Assembly: GCF_006345805.1 (NCBI RefSeq)
Contig: NW_021826980.1
Coordinates: 1-11,344, forward strand
DNA length: 11,344 nt
Direction: 5' to 3'
Source: Octopus sinensis
Taxonomy: Eukaryota
The notes under the pieces were generated by a model that was given only the letters and a program-made list of their open reading frames with translations, did no database searches and had not been told where the DNA came from. The stretch's first letter is position 1; each line of letters starts with the position of its first letter. The position numbers and the translations under genes are program-made. This document shows, piece after piece, positions 7,696-11,344 of the stretch.

Positions 7696-8159
7696 GGCGC
7701 AGGAGTGGCTGTGTGGTAAGTAGCTTGCTTACCAACCACATGGTTCGGGGTTCAGTCCCACTGCGTTGTACCTTGGGCAAGTGTCTTTATAGCCTCGGGC
7801 CGACCAAAACCTTGTGAGTGGATTTTGTAGATGGAAACTGAAAGAAGCCCGTCGTACATATATAAATATGTGTGTGTGTGTGTGTTTGTGTATGTATGTA
7901 TGTATGTATGTATGTATGTATGTATGTATGTATGTATATATTTGTGTGTCTGTGTTTGTCTCCCCAATATCGCTTGACAACCGATGCTGGTGTGTTTACG
8001 TCCCCGTTACTTAGCGGTTCGGCAAAAGAGACCGATAAAATAAATACTAGGCTTACAAAGAATAAGTGCTTGGGGTCGATTTGCTCGACTAAAAAGGCGG
8101 TGCTCCGGCATGGCCGCAGTCAAGTGACTGAAACAAGTAAAAGAGTAAAGAGTAAAAGA
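7696..8159 (+). mobile_element. SINE family B, full length (tRNA head, CORE-like segment, internal microsatellite, AGTAAAAG tail)
   Basis: A-box TGGCTGTGTGG (7706-7716), B-box GTTCAGTCCC (7750-7759), CCTTGGGCAAGTGTCTT (7771-7787) resembling the MIR/CORE motif CCTTGGGCAAGTCACTT, TG/TATG tract about 7857-7950, tail (AGTAAAAG)n. Plausibly one of the described octopus tRNA-SINEs (OK/OR1/OR2), but I cannot say which. Confidence 0.9.
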
Positions 8160-8164
8160 CTAAC

Positions 8165-8375
8165 TGCATTGCTATTTTTTTCCAGGTAAACTGACACCTG
8201 GCTGTCCAGAGAAGGCTTCAAAACTAATTAGTTGCGGCTTCCCTTGAACATAGACAAAATTTGGTATCGTGGTGTTGTCAAATGCCTGCAGAAAAAGGGT
8301 TTAAGTCCCAAGGGCATTCGTGCAGACATTGTCGCTACATTAGGGGATGATGCGCTAGCTTTTAGTGCACAAGTA
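8165..8375 (+). pseudogene. Mariner transposase 5' leader and N-terminal HTH fragment
   Basis: From 8250: (ATA, decayed ATG) IDKIWYRGVVKCLQKKGLSPKGIRADIVATLGDDALAFS. This matches the mariner N-terminal pattern MxKxxxRxVIKYLxxKGxxPxxIHxxxxxxLGDxAP. Interrupted by the SINE trimer. Confidence 0.8.
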
Positions 8376-8382
8376 GGTCGCA

Positions 8383-8974
8383 GGTGGTGAGCTGGCAGAA
8401 TCGTTAGCACGCCGGGCGAAATGCTTAGCGGTATTTCACCTGCTGTTACGTTCTGAGTTCAAATTCCGCCGAGGTCGACTTTGCCTTTCATCCTTTCGGG
8501 GTCGATGAAATAAGTACCAGTTACGCACTGGGGTCGATGTAATCGACTTAATCCATTTGTCTGTCCTTGTTTGTCCCCTCTGTGTTAGCCCCTTGTGGGT
8601 AGTAAAGAAATAGGTATTTCGTCTGCCGCTACGTTCTGAGTTCAAATTCCGCCGAGGTCGACTTTGCGTTTCATCCTTTGGGGTTCGATGGGTCGATGTA
8701 ATCGACTTAATCCGTGTGTCTGTTTTTGTTTGTCCCCTCTATGTTTAGTCCCTTGTGGGCAATAAAGAAATAAGAAACGATAGAACGCCGGGCGAACTGC
8801 TTAGCGGTATTTCGTCTGCCGTTACGTTCTCAGTTAAAATTCTGCCAAGGTCGACTTTGCCTTTCATTCTTTCGGGGTCGATAAATTAAGTACCAGTTTC
8901 GTACTGGAGTCGATCTAATCGACTGGCGCCTCCCCACAAAATTTCGGGCCTTGTGCCTAGTGTAGAAAAGTATT
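8383..8974 (+). mobile_element. SINE family A trimer (alpha1 8383-8612, alpha2 8613-8777, beta 8778-8974)
   Basis: A-box TGGCAGAATCG (8393-8403), B-box GTTCAAATTCC (8457-8467). Restarts at GGTATTTC and at (AGAAA)CGATAG. Ends in the beta tail. Alpha2 has an internal deletion between its two GTCGAT motifs. Confidence 0.92.
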
Positions 8975-8980
8975 TAGGAG

Positions 8981-9151
8981 GATGATAATGATGGTGATGG
9001 TGACGATGATAACGATGATGGTGGTGGTGGTGATGATGATGTTGACGACGATCCCAGGGGTGGTGGTGATAGTGGTCGTAGTGTTTGAGGTAATACTAAT
9101 GATGAAGGTGACGACGACGATGACGACGACGATGACAATGATGATGATGAC

Positions 9152-9200
<49 letters not shown>

Positions 9201-9246
9201 TGATGGTGATAGATGATGATGATGATGATGATGATGATGGTGATGG

Positions 9247-9278
<32 letters not shown>

Positions 9279-9308
9279 GTGATGGTGACGATGACGGTGA
9301 CGACGACG

Positions 9309-9340
<32 letters not shown>

Positions 9341-9520
9341 GACGACGACGACGATGATGATGACGATGATGGTGACGATGATGATGATGATGATGATGAC
9401 GACGACGATGATGATGACGATGATGGTGACGATGATGATGATGATGATGATGACGACGATGATGATGATGATGACAACGACGACGATGATGGTGATGATG
9501 ATGATGATGATGATGAAGAT
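8981..9520. repeat. (GAT/GAC/GGT)n array, about 540 bp
   Basis: Long pure GAT runs with a phase slip near 9200. Source of the poly-D, poly-M, poly-S and poly-I ORFs. Confidence 0.97.
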
Positions 9521-9606
9521 TGTGGTACGAGAGGTGTTGGTTGTAGTCAAAATGGTGGCAATAATTTTGAGGTTACTGCTGGCAACGGGTGGTGATAGTA
9601 CTATTG

Positions 9607-9842
9607 CAGCTGTTGATGTCATTGCTTGTTTAGCCTAAAGTCAGCTTCATCCATCAAGCAGTCCTATGATCAGAAGAGTTCCGATCATGACCATCCCATC
9701 TTATTTTTTATCTTGAAACGAGTGCAGGGCATTGCATACCCTCGTATTACTCAACGTCTTTGTTTTTAAGACGGTAGGGTGTGATCTTGAGGCGATTTGG
9801 TTGCTATTTCAAGCATGTTGAGTAACCATAAAAAGATCCCCC
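9607..9842. mobile_element. Unclassified interspersed repeat
   Basis: TATGATCAGAAG..CATGACCATCCC..TAAGACGGTAGGGTGTGAT..GATTTGGTTGCTATTTC resembles an abundant Octopus repeat as I recall it. There is no second copy here to confirm it. Confidence 0.3.
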
Positions 9843-9962
9843 GCTGTTGGCTCGTGATGATGGTGATGATGGTGATGGTGGTGGTGGTGGTGGTGTCTGC
9901 GGAGGGGTGGTGATGTAGGGTGTGTGTATGGGGGGTAGGGCAGGGGGTATTGTAGCTGTTTC

Positions 9963-11220
9963 TATAAACACAAACACTGCCGTAAACACACACACGCACA
10001 CACATACACACACACACACACTCACACACGCATGTAGAGCCACAGGCACATACCTACACAGACTGATACGCATGTACGAACACAGGTGAACGAACACACA
10101 CACACACACACAAAGATACACACGTACACACAAGCACACACATACTCACATGCATGCAGAGCCCACACAAAGACTGACACGCACGTACGGGCACAGGTGA
10201 CCGAAGACACACACATACAGACACACACACACACAGACACACACACACACATGCAGAGCCACACATAGATTGACACACATATACAAACACAGGTGAACGA
10301 AGACACACACACACACAAACGCACACATACACACAAACACACACACACACACACACACACAACGCACGCGCACACACACACACACTCAAACATACACATA
10401 CACACACATGCAGAATGACAGACATACCCCCACACACTCACATACACAAGTGACACATACACACACACGCACACGCATGCACACATACACACACACACAC
10501 ACATTTGCATACTAAAAATATCTACAATTGCACACACAAGAATAAAGACACAAACGCACATACACAGGTATATAGTGACACACACACACACATGCAGACA
10601 CACGTACACTCGAACATAAACAGGTACACACATGCTTGCATACACTTACATACAGCGACACATACTTGCACACGCATACACGTATAGAGAGAGTGAGACA
10701 TGCAACGACACACACACACACACATACACACATACACGTTCACATACTCACGCACATACACACACATACATATCGTGACATGCAACACAGATACACAGTG
10801 ACACACATACAGACCCAAACAAGTACACACACAAGTATAAACACACATGCACGCATGTTTACACGTTCGCTCAAACACGCATACACGCAAACATACACGG
10901 ACTCACACACACACACATACACGCACATACACATTCGTATACTCACGCGTACGCACACACACACACTCAAACACACACACACCACATTCACATGTACAAG
11001 TATCCAGGAACAATAAGCATACACTGTAAAGTCACAGACACCCCTTTCCCCTATACACATACACTCAATGACAGACACACATACACATACACACATACAC
11101 TCACGCATACACAATACACATACACACATACATACACATATACACATACACTCAATGACAGACACACATACGAACACACGCACACGCACACACACAAACA
11201 CATACACACATGTAGATACA
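9963..11220. repeat. Compound (CA)n-rich array, about 1.25 kb, with embedded higher-order units
   Basis: CA/CATA/CGCA runs. Three copies of a ~58-65-bp motif at 10031-10308. An exact 33-bp repeat at 11052-11084 and 11139-11171. Confidence 0.95.
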
Positions 11221-11311
11221 CCCTCCCCCCACACTTCTACTAACTACTTATTATATCACGGCCGAGCAGTTTTACATAAGGCTACATTTCTGATACATTC
11301 CCCCCTTCCTT

Positions 11312-11315
<4 letters not shown>

Positions 11316-11344
<29 letters not shown>
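11316..11344. repeat. (CT)n microsatellite
   Basis: Runs to the window end. Confidence 0.95.

Noticed and set aside
7165-8375. The two mariner fragments as one split element or a domesticated SETMAR-like gene
   Set aside because: The order is inverted (C-terminal part first), the sequences look like different subfamilies, and both are disabled (stop, frameshift, D-to-G, ATG-to-ATA).
8383-8470. SINE heads as tRNA genes
   Set aside because: A and B boxes are present, but there is no acceptor stem or cloverleaf, and the heads continue into SINE bodies.
8957-9638. Long poly-Asp/Met/Ser/Ile ORFs (up to 221 aa)
   Set aside because: All frames are by-products of the GAT array, with a phase slip and no unique domain or splice support.
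9766-11243. Many Cys-Val and His-Thr ORFs
   Set aside because: Translations of (CA)n/(TG)n. The same applies to the ORFs at 3300-3578, 3713-4052, 5277-5872 and 6087-7130.

Overview
Repeat-saturated, non-genic animal DNA. The repeat families match ones I recall from Octopus/cephalopod genomes (recall only, not searched). I found no host protein-coding gene. Almost all long ORFs in the track come from microsatellites. The window holds: (i) a tRNA-derived SINE ('family A') as monomers, dimers and one trimer with stereotyped internal junctions; (ii) a second tRNA/CORE-like SINE ('family B') with an internal microsatellite; (iii) a non-autonomous Helitron; (iv) two decayed mariner transposase fragments; (v) a frameshifted Penelope-like GIY-YIG endonuclease relic plus two probable Penelope terminal pieces with hammerhead-like vestiges; (vi) ends of DNA-transposon MITEs; (vii) long TA, CA, ATT, GAT, ACC and GAC tracts. 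The least explained structure is a fold-back at 910-1882. Its ~270-bp inverted arms each join a SINE 3' end to the same 91-bp non-SINE sequence, around a 439-bp unique spacer that carries an E-box/CCAAT cluster.
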